A program made the position numbers and the translations under genes. Positions 11,925-24,444 of a DNA stretch of 64,000 bases are shown piece by piece (within the stretch, counting starts at the first letter, position 1; each line of letters begins with the position of its first letter). Under the pieces are notes generated by a model. The model saw nothing but the letters and a program-made list of their open reading frames with translations. It did no database searches and was not told the origin of the DNA. The DNA comes from Octopus bimaculoides (Eukaryota), in the NCBI RefSeq assembly GCF_001194135.2, contig NC_068992.1, positions 37,173,670-37,237,669 of the forward strand, in the 5' to 3' direction.

Positions 11925-12235
11925 TTGGTAGTTGTAGTTGTGGCAACAGCAGTAATGCAATAGCAACAGTTACAGTATCAGAAGTGGTAACAGTAATAGT
12001 AGCAGTAGCAGCAATAGCACTAGTAGTAGCGGGTGTTGAAGCAGTAGAAGTAGAAATCAAAGGCAGTTGCAGCAGCAAAAGCAATTGTCACAGCAGTAGC
12101 AGAAGCAGTAGCAATGGCAATAGTAGTAGAATCACTAAGCAACAAATGCACTAGTAGTAGCATTAGTAGCAGCAGTATTAAGTGCAACAGCAAAAGCAAC
12201 AGCAGCAATTGTAATAATAACAATAAAAGTAGAAA
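11925..12235 (+). repeat. Degenerate trinucleotide repeat (GCA/GTA/CAA)
   Basis: Low-complexity gtagcagcagcaatag tract. Confidence 0.8.
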
Positions 12236-12939
12236 AGGCAGTGTTTGTTTATTTGTCAAAATTTGTGATGTTTTTTTTTTCCAAACAACTTTGCTAAAGT
12301 TGTTACCAGATGTAGTTGTTGATTCACTTAGGCGAACAATAAGGGACAAAAAAATAATTTAGAGCGACAGATTGTTGTTGTTGATTTGGTTAGGTAAAAA
12401 TCAAAGATTAACAATGAATAAAGAAATTTAGCTGGTAGATGAATAGAATTTACCTAATAAGTTGAAATAACAGGTATCAGATAATTTTATTGTGTTTTAC
12501 TGGTGATCAAAGGTAGATTTTGCTGTTTTATTTAGTTTTTTCATCTGTGCAGGTTAGTTTTGTAATGTGAGAAGTATTGATGTGCTTATTAGAAACATAT
12601 ATTTCTTCTCTTGCTTTGTTCACAATTAACAGAAAAACATTATTCTGCTGCTATCTTTGTCCAATAAGTTGAGATTATGTACATATATGAAGAAAGTTAT
12701 TTCAACCATATATTCATTGCATGCACTGCATGTTCACAAAATGTATTTTGTTTCTACCTAATCAAAATAACTATTTCAGATTTACACAAGTAATGAGTGA
12801 GTGGTATCAGTTTGTTAGGCCTAAGGTTAAAACCTTGTTTATTATGGTACCACAACCAAAACTCATCTCCCAACTTCAATCTATCATGTGTATCATTTCA
12901 CTCTTAATAATAGTTTCGAATTTTGGCACAGGGCTAGCA

Positions 12940-13115
12940 GTTTTAGAGTGGGGAGGAGTCAATTATATTGACCCCTGTGTGAAACTGATACTTATTTTAT
13001 CGAGCTCAAAAGGATGAAAAGCAAAGTTGACTTTAGTAGAGTTTAAATCAAAACAGAAAGACAAATGAAATACTGCTAAGCATTTTGCCTGGCATGCTAG
13101 GAATTCTGCCATATC
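12940..13115 (+). mobile_element. SINE fragment with RTE-like tail (ttatcga..aaaggatgaaa.gcaaagttgac); related copies near 5340(+) and 57900-58050(-)
   Basis: The motif recurs in both orientations within the window. Confidence 0.55.
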
Positions 13116-13289
13116 ACTCCCTTGTTTCACTTATAATAATAAAAACAAATCACTGCCAGAACTAGAGAAGAAATTTTAAGTGTAGAAGCAAGGTCTAGAA
13201 TCAAAGAACCTTAGAGTTAATTTAGCAAAAACTAAAGTCATAATAAGTAGGAAAGAGGACAAATCACAAATCCCCACAGGTAGATAGCC

Positions 13290-14362
13290 CTGCTCAATAT
13301 GTAAGAAAGGTGTAGGTAGAAACTCCATAAGATGTACCCAGTGCAAGCTAGTAACACATAAGAAGTGCAGCAATATCAGAGGAAGGTTAACTGGGAAAAT
13401 AGTCTTTGTATGTGTGGCAGGTGTATAAATACAGTAAACACTAGAAATGTACAGAAAATAGACTCCATCAAATGCCTGTGGGGATACCTACTGTAGTAGT
13501 TGATAGCTTCCATTATCTAGGTAACCAAGTCAGCAGCAGAGGTGGATACTCCAAAAGCATAGCCGCTTGAATAAGAATAGGTTGGGCAAAGCTCAGAGAG
13601 CTCCTACCTTTGTTGGTAACTAAGGGCCTCTCCTTCAGAGTGAAAGACAGATTGTATGATGCCTGTGTGTGAACAATCATGCTACATGGCTGTGAAACAT
13701 GGGTAGTAACTGCTGAGGACATGCAAAGGCTTGAAAGAAATGAAGCTAGTATGCTTCACTGGATGTGCAATGCCATTGTGCATGTACAAGAGAAAAGTTG
13801 GGTATAAGAGACATCAGATATGGCGTGCAAGAGAGACAACTGTGCTGGTATGGTCATGTGATGAGTATAGACAAGGACAGCTGTATAAAGACATGCCGAC
13901 CTCTAACTGTGAATGGATCCTGTGGAAGAAGTAGACTCAAGAAGACAGGCCAAGGTGGTGAAGCATGATTTTCAAATGTTGGGCCACATGGAAGCAATGA
14001 CAAGTGACCAAGACCTTTGGCAATATGCTATGCTTGAGAAGACTGATCAAGCCAAGTGAAATCATAGATGTGGCCGATGCTAGTGTCATGCAACTGACAC
14101 CTGTGCTGGTGGTATGCAAAAGCACCCAACTAGTGGTATATAAAAAGCACCCATTACCCTCTTGAAGTAGTTGGCGTTAGGAAGGGTATCTAGCCATAGA
14201 AACCATGCCAAATCAGACTGGATCTTGGTGCAACTCTCCAGTTTGCCAGTTCCAGTTAAACCATCTAACCCATGCCAGCATGGAAAGCAGAAATTAAATG
14301 ATGATGATGATGATGACGGACGATGACAATGACGATGATGACGTCGACGATGACAATGATGA
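13290..14362 (+). mobile_element. RTE-clade LINE, 3' part with (GAT)n tail
   Basis: Post-RT coding relic (KGLSFRVKDRLYDACV..IMLHGCETW; WYGHVM) plus a 3' UTR shared with 29490-29890. Confidence 0.8.
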
Positions 14363-14845
14363 AAAACTCTATTTTTATAGACTGAAAAAAAATTAATAAA
14401 GCTAATGAAGCTAATTATCAGAGGATCATAATAAATCTGAAGTGACTTCCATAATGAAATTTCCCAACTGCTTTATTTATCATGACAAAGATAGTAGTGA
14501 TAGAGTTCCTATCACCACAATACCTTTTAAGTCAATGTTAATAGGGTTGGGGTTGTTTTATCTATAGGAATCTTTTATTATTGAATAGCATATTGATTTA
14601 AGAGCAGATGCCTCTGTGTAACGAGTTTCTTTTGAGATCAGCCATAAAAAACAACAGTGAACTAAACCTCACTATGTTACCTATTTGTTGCAAGTCAGAT
14701 AGAACCATTAAGATAAAGCATCTTAGCCAGAAACGCACAATAAACTAGCAATGCTCAACTCTTCATCTATCAGTATGGCAGTTCCCTATAAATCCACCAA
14801 ATGTTTTTAAATGCTTAAAAATGAATCCAAAAACAACCTACTCAC

Positions 14846-15118
14846 CTGCTCTTCAGTATAGATATCAAAAATTCCAGGTGGCATGTTTACTTCAGAACTC
14901 TGAAAAATTCGCTTGACTCCTGACTTTGTAGAATACAGTTGGGCTGTTTCAGGATCAGGACCAAGAATTGCTAAGTCTAATTGCTTAGCCACTTCCATGT
15001 CATCCATATAAACCATGCCTGGAACAATGTATGCTTCACGACCTTTCACTAAATTTTTTATTCGTTTCAGTGCCTGAGGACTATATTTCAGCATTGATGC
15101 AAGACACATCTTTTTTCT
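14846..15118 (-). CDS. IQCH: IQCH coding exon
   Basis: RKKMCLASMLKYSPQALKRIKNLVKGREAYIVPG...LYSTKSGVKRIF...PPGIFDIYTEEQ; acceptor ATTTCAG, donor GTGAGT; 273 nt, phase 0/0. Confidence 0.95.
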
Positions 15119-17149
15119 CTGAAATAATGATGTATGAGTAAATAAACATCAATGTGGTATGAGTAAATGAAGATTAAAACATGGGTGGATGAAAATAAAA
15201 ATAATATGGGTAAATAAACATAAAAATTATTACTATTTTTTCAAATTTGCCAAATACCATTCCTCTGCTACTTATTTGGTCTTATTTTAAGGTAAAAATA
15301 TTCTTTTGAAAATTAGAATTCATTTCATCATTTAGTATAAGCACCAAGACATCTGACTAAAGTAAAGCTATAATTCCAAAGTTACCAATTGGTAACACTA
15401 GTTTTAATAAAAAATTATCACTGTGTCCGTTTTGGAAGGGTTTTTATGACTGAATGCCCTTCCTAGCACCAACCACTCCACAAAGTGGACTGGGTACTTT
15501 CTATGTGGTACCAGCACAGGTGAGGTCAGTTTTGGTATGGTTTTTACAGTTGGGAGAGAGAGGTAACAAGAAAGAGGACTGAAACAGGTGTGCTGATGTA
15601 AAGGAGATTCTGGACTACCTAGCCAGAGAAAAAAGCAAGAGAAGGAGAGAGAGTGATCAAGGGTGAGGGCCAAAACAGGTGTGAGATACATGGCTACCCA
15701 GCCAGAGGGAAGAGCAAGGGAAAGAGAGAAAGAGGGGAAACAGTAAAAGTGCAAGAGAGAGCAGGAAAGAGATGGTGGTGAAGTGCCAGGAATATACTCA
15801 CAAGTAACAGGGATCAGAGCATAGATGGGATGGCAGAGTAAGAGAGATAAATGGTGGCAATGAGTATCCATCTTCTTTAGAGTTCCTTTTCAAACATGGC
15901 ACTCAGTGGAGCTTGACTTAAAAATATATATAACACCAGAATACTATAAACAAAAGTATTCCTAAAAGGATTATATATAACAGTACTTTTTATGAGCTGA
16001 ATTGTGGATATAATGCTTAATTTTTCGTGCTAATTCTCATTAATTACCTTTTTAAGTGTTATAATCTCTTTCATTCAGTCCAGGTAAGTATAACAAAAAA
16101 AAAACATGAACACAGAAATTACTTACTAGCTCAAAAATATTGCGTTTAGATGCACAGTCAATAATAATTGTAGAGGAGCAGTAATTCATGCTTTGACTGA
16201 ATCTACTTCACTTGTCTCTACAAGAAATAGCAGCCAAACTCTTTGAAATCAAACACCACTGTGTCATACATGGAAGGATGCTTTAAACAATGCTGCAATG
16301 CTGTGTTTAAGAAAAAACTCTAAAAAAAGATGGGATACTCATATCTGGAATGCATTTGATCCTAGGATTATTCAATAAAGCCTGGAGATTAACCAACAAC
16401 AAATAATGTAATACACATAAATACTGATACAGTCGCATCACATACATTGTCCCATATTTCAATGAAAGGTCTCTATGTGATCACTCAGTACAGTCTCCTT
16501 CAAATCTCACCACACTATGTTAATACAGAAAGGACATATTAATTAATGAATTGGTCAAAGGCCTGCTTGATCAACATTGACTTGGGGACTAATCTATGAC
16601 AACAATATTAGCCATAAACAAATACACTGGACATTGGAGAGACATACCCACACTCACTGTCACACTTCCCACATACAATTCATCACTGCATATCAGTGCA
16701 TAGTCCTCAATTAAGTCAATGAGGGTGTGTCGTTTTTTAAGTTTTGAAATATGACTTACATTAACTTTTATCCATTAATACATCATCAAAAACATGATCA
16801 TGTCAAATATCAGATTGATTTATCAATATTTGTATCCCTTACAGAGTGTAAATGTTTTGAAACATTGGAGGCCAAATTTTATTAGGTTTTTATTTTCAAA
16901 TTTTTGGTGCTGTGACATCTTTTTATTTTAGACTTGATTTTTATTGTTTGTTTATTTATGCAGAAAAAAAGGATTATATATAACAGTACTTTTTATGAGC
17001 TGAATTGTGGATATAATGCTTAATTTTTTCGTGCTAATTCTCATTAATTACCTTTTTAAGTGTTATAATCATACTATAACATGATAACTGTAATAATCAT
17101 ATATTTCAGGAATATAATAAAGTTAAATTAAAATAGATTGGTTTAAAAT

Positions 17150-18130
17150 TTGTTAGTTTAAAATTTACAATTCATATATTTGAGAGAGAAAAATGAACCA
17201 GCAGATGAAATTTTTGAAAGCCTTTTGAAAAACATTGCCGACAAGCCTTGAAGCATGATACCAACAAACAACCAAGTTTTAAAACAGATCCTTTATTTAA
17301 TTAGATGTGAACATAAACAAGAAAATTAAAGCTATCTGATGGGTGTTGTATTAGATAAAGTTAGAGAAATTCAGTATGCAGTCAATATCTCTTCACAAGA
17401 TGGAAACAAATTAGCCCCATATAAAATTTAAGATCCTAATTGATGAATGAGTCAGATTAATTTCTTCCAGCCTAAAAAAACAAATCACTTTCATAGAACA
17501 CCTGACAATTTTAAAGAAAAACTTGCCAATCTATTTGGACATGATGCAACCATTTGAAAAATCTTGCAATCTGGAATTTTAGGTGTAACTAGGTGGACTG
17601 GATAAGAATTATGTTTGTAAAGTTCAGAAAATACAAGCAAGAAAGATGGTAAAAAAAATGCTTTGACAATTCAACTTTAACATGTATTCCTTCAACTTCA
17701 TTCACTTCTGGTGGATGTGATGCTAATAATTTAGCTAAGTCTTCTAAATGCCAAAGGTACAAGAAAGTGGAAAAAGAAAATAGTGCAATCACCTCATCTC
17801 CTTGATGTGAGACAGTCTAAATATTCCATTAGCAGATAGAACATATTTAACTGCTTCTTATGTAGTAAGTTTTAAAGAAACTCTTGAAAATTTGAAACTT
17901 TCACAAAGCACTGCTAAAAGAATTGCAAAAAAAGAAAGGAAAAAAAAAGCTAAAAATTTTACAAATAGTTTTGATGAGCCACAATTCTTAGTCATAAGCT
18001 GCTCATATATGATTCAAATAGAAAGCTAACAGGAAGACTAGCCGTGGTCATCTCAGATTAGCCCAGTGCAAGAGATGATAAATCTTTGATTATAGGAGAT
18101 GAAACTGCAAGTAGTGCTATGCAGGTGTAA
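17150..18130 (+). mobile_element. Decayed DNA-transposase relic, possibly Sola2-like
   Basis: Broken frame LADRTYLTASYVVSFKETLENLKLSQSTAKR...FLVI....KLTGRLAVVIS resembles the region around the HWDGKL..RLPVLVS motif; no TIRs found. Confidence 0.35.
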
Positions 18131-18510
18131 TGTATTGAGTAACACAGGTTACAAGACTTTCTTTGGTTTGCCTATATCACAGTTACCTTGTCCAAAATCA
18201 ACAAAAATTTTTCACTCAGGATTATCCATTATGTTTATATTACTTAAGTTATATTTACAGCACTAATCAGTCAACATTTTTAATAAACCATTTTCTAAGC
18301 TCACATGTGCTAAGCCATCTATATAAGTTCTATGTCATATATTTAATGAACTATACCCAGCTCTTTTCTCCAGTTATCTCAGATTCTCTGTATAAATTGT
18401 TTCAGTGCCAGGAGCATTGAACATAACTCCTCTTCTTGATATTATCTCAGTAACAATTCTTTGAACATGTCCTACATATTTTTTAATCTCATTTAGTAAT
18501 TAGAACTTAC

Positions 18511-18686
18511 AGAAAATTGTGTTATAACTTCAGGAACTATAAATGTTACTCGTTTCATCATATCACTGATTTTGTTTATATCACCACTGAGTATGGCTGG
18601 TCGTAAAGCCAGGAGCTTTCCATAGTACTGTTCAGCCTCTTCAGTTAAATGTGTTGGGGAAATGTAGATAACATCAACATTGGGAT
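18511..18686 (-). CDS. IQCH: IQCH coding exon
   Basis: (D)PNVDVIYISPTHLTEEAEQYYGKLLALRPAILSGD...VPEVITQFS; acceptor TTTTCAG, donor GTAAGT; 176 nt, phase 1/0. Confidence 0.92.
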
Positions 18687-18948
18687 CTGAAAATAAAATC
18701 ATCAGCTTGAAATAATTTCAAACAAATATGCATGCACTGTGATTAAATACTTAGGGTATGCCAAAAGCATAAATAAAATAAATTGTTGACAAAAAGGTGT
18801 TGCCACTAAAAGACAATGCACAGGGAAACAAAAGAATCTCTTTTTTTTTTTTTTTTTTCTTGTAATACAGCCCCAGATTTCTTGCTGCACTATGTAATTT
18901 GAATTATTCTAATTATTTTCATGCCTTTATGCTGATGAAGATGTTTCT

Positions 18949-19015
18949 TCACCACAGAGTATGGTTGGTTATAAAGCCAGTAACTTCTCAAGGCATTGTT
19001 CAGCCTCTTCAGTTA
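18949..19015 (-). pseudogene. Decayed partial duplicate of IQCH exon 18511-18686
   Basis: About 80% identical over 67 bp; reads LTEEAEQCLEKLLAL*PTILCG versus LTEEAEQYYGKLLALRPAILSG. Confidence 0.8.
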
Positions 19016-20811
19016 GATAAAATAACATTCCATCACATGACAACAGCTTACAAAAGTCTAAAGTTCATATCTAAAAATGGTTACATTTTGAAATAAACTA
19101 TCTCTAAATATTGGTTCAGTTATGAGACAAACAATATAATTGGTAAACATAAACAAGTGACACATCTCAAATTAAATTATTAGAATTAAAGAATAAAAGT
19201 ATTCAATAACAAAAGTATTTTTCAAATGTGTCTGTTGTTTATGTTTCTCATCCCTCACTCCATTTCTGATTCTGTAGCAAAATACAAAAATTCATCTTCT
19301 TTTATGTCAATAAATTTCAAGCATTTTAGGGTTACAGCCACATGTCATTAGCATTCAGCTTCATAATAATACATGGTGACTAATATCACAGGCTGAACAC
19401 TGTGCTAACATACTGGACCTACCACCCTGGCATCAGAATTGCTCAAAAGTAAACATATAGACTTTAGGTTATTTTTATACATATGACATCAACTTGGTTT
19501 TATCTTTGTTTTTATATATATAAAATTAGATTTAAAAACAAAGGTGATGTATTAACCGAATATTACCGTGTCAGCAAAAATGCTATGTGGTATTTTATTG
19601 TTTACATTCTAATTTCAAATTCTGCCATGGTCAACTTTGCCTTTCATCTTTACAAGGTCAATAAAATAAAATACAGAGTCGATATAAGCAACTAACCCCA
19701 CCACACATGCACACACACACATGCGTGCGTGATAATTATTTGCCTTCTGCCTATCAAAAATGATTATTTCACTTGAAAATAAATTATGACCAGATTATAT
19801 CATGATATTGCTGAACAGAGGAAATGTGCTGATGGAATGCCACTGACCCTTCAGTCCTTATTTTTATCACTTTCTCAATATCCATTTACAGCTACCTTTG
19901 GTATATGCAGTGTTATCTCAAGACAATATTTCATAACAAGGGACAGAAAAATTAGTTTCCTACTCTTATTCCTGATTATATAATTCAGTGAGCTTAACAT
20001 TTATGATAGACTAGAGCATGACCTATTGTTTTATGCACAGAATAAGTAACATTTTGCAACATCTCATGTTAGAAAATGCTGACATCATTCTTCAGACAGT
20101 TGCTCTCTTGCAATTCTATGTTGATGCACATATCCTGCTACTTCGTTTTCCTGACAATTTTTCTACTTTGTTCATTGTGTCTCCCAATATCTCCTTGCCA
20201 AAAGGATTGCCTTTGTCCTTGATATACTGTCGATCTCTTCATATGCTGACACTGCATTGCTGGTTGTCACTTTGAAATTACATATTCTTCATACATGAAA
20301 AATTGTTCAAACATTACACGAGTTTCTTAAAATTGATTGTAAGATGGTAAACATTCAACTATTTTTCTAATAAAAATGGAATGGAATAAACTAAGGGGGA
20401 TAGATAGTGCCTGTGAGTTAAAAATGCTGGTGCATTGGGTGCACGAAGTAAAAACTGTGATGGACTGATAGATATACAAACTGATAAAGAGGGAGAGGGA
20501 AAGGGAATGAAAGAGAGGGAAACAGACAGACAGGAAAGCAGGAAGGCAGGCAGGCAACAGTCAGACAGATAGACAAAGTAAATAGGCAGATAGATAGAAA
20601 CAGAAAGATATATACATACATAGATAGTTACATAGACAGATGGAGAAACAGATAGATACACAGATAAACAGACACATGGAGGGATAGCCAGGTAGATTTC
20701 AAAATTTAAAATGGATTATTTCTCCTTTTTCGAGATCAGCAACAGTTTGTTGCTGGAAAAAGCATATAGTATGTTGTGAGTGGAATGAGTTTTCATCACT
20801 AGCTGAGATTA

Positions 20812-20858
20812 ACACATGCTGAGCATGGGTAACCACCCAGAAATTCAAGTCCATGTGT
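20812..20858 (+). ncRNA. Hammerhead motif, unit 1
   Basis: ACACATG-CTGAGCA-TGGGT(AACC)ACCCA-GAAA-TTCAAG-TC-CATGTGT; perfect 7-bp stem I, 5-bp stem II, GUC site; core G8 mutated. Confidence 0.65.
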
Positions 20859-21170
20859 ATCGCGTAAGGCTAGAGATGGGAGCGATGACCGCCCCTCACA
20901 AATACTAATCAGATACAGAATGTGTGTCATTAGCCAGCTGGAAAAGATGTCTTCCTGGGGCTATAAACATCAGTAGCACTGTCCTGTATAGGACGCCACA
21001 CTTGGTTGGCAATTATATGTTATGATTCTGTATTGCTACTTTTTATATCTTGCTCAGAGATTTAATATAGCGTATTTCTCCTTTTTTGAGATCAGCGACA
21101 GTTTGTTGCTGGAAAAAGCATATAGTATTTTGCAAGTGGAATGAGTTTTCATCACTAGCTTGTGATTAAC

Positions 21171-21217
21171 ACATGCGCTGAAGACAGGTAACCACCCAGG
21201 AATTCAAGTCCGTATGT
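21171..21217 (+). ncRNA. Hammerhead motif, unit 2
   Basis: ACATGCG-CTGAAGA-CAGGT(AACC)ACCCA-GGAA-TTCAAG-TC-CGTATGT; 7-bp stem I, intact CUGAAGA; GAAA mutated to GGAA. Confidence 0.65.
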
Positions 21218-21414
21218 ATCGCATAAGGCTAGAGATGGAAGTGATGATCTCCCCTCATAAATACTAATCAGACACAGAATGTGTGTCATTAGGTAACTGG
21301 AAGAGATGTCTTTCTGGGGCTATAAACGTCAGTAGCATTGTCCTGTATAGAATGCCACACTTGGTTGGCAATTATATCATATTCGTATATATATGTATCT
21401 CTATGTGTGTATGT

Positions 21415-21754
21415 GGAGGTGCAATGGCCCAGTGGTTAGGGCAGCGGACTCGCGGTCATAAGATCACGGTTTCGATTCCCAGAACAGGCGTTGTGAGTGT
21501 TTATTGAGCAAAAACGCCTAAAGCTCCACGAGGCTCTGGCAGGGGATGATGGCGAACCCTGCTGTACTCTTCCACCACAACTTTCTCTCACTCTTACTTT
21601 CTGTTTCTGTTGTGCCTGTAATTCAAAGGGTCAGCCTTGTCATACTGTGTCACGCTGAATATCCCCGAGAACTACATTAAGGGTGCACGTGTCTGTGGAG
21701 CGCTCAGCCACTTGCACGTTAATTTCACGAGCAGGCTGTTCCATTGATTGGATC
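21415..21754 (+). mobile_element. SINE family B, near full length
   Basis: tRNA-like head; its 3' part (gtctgtggag.gctcagccacttgcacgttaatttcacg) matches the reverse copy at 63903-64000. Confidence 0.85.
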
Positions 21755-22800
21755 AAAATTATAAACGTGCCATAATTAACTTTACGTTTATTATAATATA
21801 AACTNNNNNNNNNNNNNNNNNNNNNNNNNNNNNNNNNNNNNNNNNNNNNNNNNNNNNNNNNNNNNNNNNNNNNNNNNNNNNNNNNNNNNNNNNNNNNNNN
21901 NNNNNNNNNNNNNNNNNNNNNNNNNNNNNNNNNNNNNNNNNNNNNNNNNNNNNNNNNNNNNNNNNNNNNNNNNNNNNNNNNNNNNNNNNNNNNNNNNNNN
22001 NNNNNNNNNNNNNNNNNNNNNNNNNNNNNNNNNNNNNNNNNNNNNNNNNNNNNNNNNNNNNNNNNNNNNNNNNNNNNNNNNNNNNNNNNNNNNNNNNNNN
22101 NNNNNNNNNNNNNNNNNNNNNNNNNNNNNNNNNNNNNNNNNNNNNNNNNNNNNNNNNNNNNNNNNNNNNNNNNNNNNNNNNNNNNNNNNNNNNNNNNNNN
22201 NNNNNNNNNNNNNNNNNTATATTTTACGTTTATAATTTTAGTTTAATCTAAAACTTCATTTAAATTGTATTTTAAACGAAAGATTCATTAAGATAAGATT
22301 TGCATATAATATTTCTGTTAGTTTATATTATAATAAACGTAAAGTTAATTATGGCGCATTTATAATTTTTGATATTTTTAATAATATTGTTTAACATTTT
22401 TCTATCTTAATATAATAAGTATTTTTATATACATTCATTTGTTATTTATTGTTGGTTTATATATACATTCTTGTTATTATTATTATTATTGTTGTATTTT
22501 GACCTGAAGATAAGCTATATTTTTGAATAGAATTGATTTTCGATCGATTTAATCGATTTGAATATATTTTATTTTCTATTTGAAAACTTGGTTAGGAAAC
22601 ACGTGTAGTCGTTTTATTATCATTATGTTATAATTTTTACTTTGCATTATATTATACTTATTTATCGTGCATTTACTTATTAATTTTTCTATATGTGACT
22701 GTGGATTTTCATAGATGAGTTCATGAACTTTGGTTCTTTTCCCTAAACTATATATTTATATATTTTATACTGCAAAACTTAATTTAATTTTAATTTTTGA
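21755..22800 (+). mobile_element. PLE 3' end / pLTR remnant with an inverted segment, split by a gap
   Basis: 50-bp inverted repeat 21755-21804 / 22320-22369; weak endonuclease C-terminal relic (CILNERF..YNKRK); hammerhead at 22501-22610. Confidence 0.45.
22501..22610 (+). ncRNA. Hammerhead motif with long stem II
   Basis: GAC-CTGAAGA-[85 nt, closed by TAAGC..GGTTA]-GAAA-CACGTG-TA-GTC; perfect palindromic stem III, only 3-4-bp stem I. Confidence 0.5.
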
Positions 22801-24151
22801 TAAATTAAATTTAATTGAGTTTTTACCTGTAAATTTGGATTTTTATTCCTAATATTATTATTATTATTATTATATACAGACAGACAGACAGGCAGACAGA
22901 AGTGGAGATTAAAAAAGTAGAGTGTATTGGGTGAGAAATCGAGGTAAAAAAAGTGATAGACTACTTCCACTGCATCACTTGTCTGACTATGAAATTACAC
23001 ACTGTTCCTTCAGGACAAACTGCTCGATAATAAAATTTAAAATGATGGAAAAAATAGTCACCCAACTATTTTCCGAAAAGACTGAATGCATGAAACTGAA
23101 GTGAACAGTGCCTGAGTCATCTAGATTATTTGTGTATTGGTGAGAGATTGACGTGAAAACAGTGATTGATAGATACATTGATAGACAGACAGATACATGA
23201 CATTTATTACTGTGAAAAATAGCTCATTAAAAATTAACAGAAAAAAAACCCAAATATTTATTTGTAAGTTTTCTCAGGAGAAATATCAAGAACAGAGATT
23301 CATCATTTTCCTTCTACTTTCTGATAAGCATATTTCTTTTAAAAGAAGAAATTTATAATTTTCAAAAGTAGTTACTTCCCTTCTTTATTTTAATGTCTGG
23401 TATTTTTTCTATCAGTCTGTTTTGTCAAACCAGTAAATTAAGGGAATATAAACAAACCAGCATTGGTTGTTATGTCATATACTGATATACCTTATCTTTA
23501 TCCTTTCTATACAGCTGGTGATCACATCTTTTCCAGGTCAACCATTATTACTCTCTCTCACCATTGCCCATCTCTGTTATTATCTATCTCTCAATCTCTC
23601 ACTCAATTCAGCAAACATATACTTACAATTAATTTAGCTCTTCTATTACTCCTCCCAGTAGTTACCTTTCCATCATTTTACACTCACACCCAATCATCCC
23701 TATCATATCCTCACTCCTCAAACCCACTCACCCTAGCTCTACTGTCATTGCTCTCTCTTGGTCATGTTGCCTTGAATGAATAGAGGTGTTGCAGGGTAGA
23801 GAGGCCTCTTAGTTGTCTCAAGGACAGTGCAGTCTGTGAAGTGGTTGTTGTTATGAAAAGCATCCAGCCAAATAAATTATGCTGAAATTGAAACATATGA
23901 GCAAGACATTTTCCTCCAATCTTTAGGAGAGTAGCAACTCCAAATAAGAACTGCACAGAGCGTGATAACCTATCCAACATATGTCTTCATAGAAAGTAGC
24001 AATCATAAATGATAATGATGATGATGATGATGATTTGAAATGTATTAATGTTAAAATTCTAAGCACAATCATACCCAAGCTAACATGTGAAAATTGTATG
24101 AATTACGATGATAATCATATAAGTCATTCATGTGATAAATATGCAACTCAC

Positions 24152-24302
24152 CCACAATGTCACAAATCCTGCATATCTGGTTATTTTCTTGAATATTAAA
24201 AAAATTTATATTGTTCCTAATATATTCTGGATAACCTAAAGATGGCATATGTATAACAACTCGCTTCGAATTTTGAATTCGTTTCCATGAAGTTCGGAAT
24301 GC
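24152..24302 (-). CDS. IQCH: IQCH coding exon (absent from the ORF track)
   Basis: Reads AFRTSWKRIQNSKRVVIHMPSLGYPEYIRNNINFFNIQENNQICRICDIV(D); acceptor ATTCCAG at 24303, donor GTGAGT at 24151; 151 nt, phase 0/1, fits both neighbouring exons. Confidence 0.9.
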
Positions 24303-24444
24303 CTGGAATATTGGAAATAAGATAAGTAATTTGCCAAAAACTGATATGTGTTTACGTATTTATATATAATAAATCTCTGAGTGAGGTATAAACAGTAGCT
24401 GCACGACATCATGAAGTATATTTAGGTGGAAAATATACTTCATG

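Larger units (their letters stand above)
20718..21377 (+). repeat. Two-unit tandem repeat (~356-bp period), each unit with a hammerhead motif; retrozyme or pLTR-like
   Basis: Units 20718-21018 and 21074-21377 align at roughly 85-90% by eye; hammerheads at 20812-20858 and 21171-21217. Confidence 0.8.

Noticed and set aside
20718-21377. CRISPR array or snoRNA interpretation of the tandem repeat
   Set aside because: Eukaryotic context, two long units without spacers, and no properly placed C/D or H/ACA boxes.
6640-21490. tRNA genes
   Set aside because: The tRNA-like sequences are SINE heads followed by SINE bodies, without a complete cloverleaf or terminator.
24235-24237. Apparent acceptor TTTAG|GT at 24236, implying a missing small IQCH exon in a gap
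   Set aside because: The frame continues upstream to a better acceptor at 24303 and supplies the expected SWKRIQ..VIHMPSLG residues; nothing is missing.
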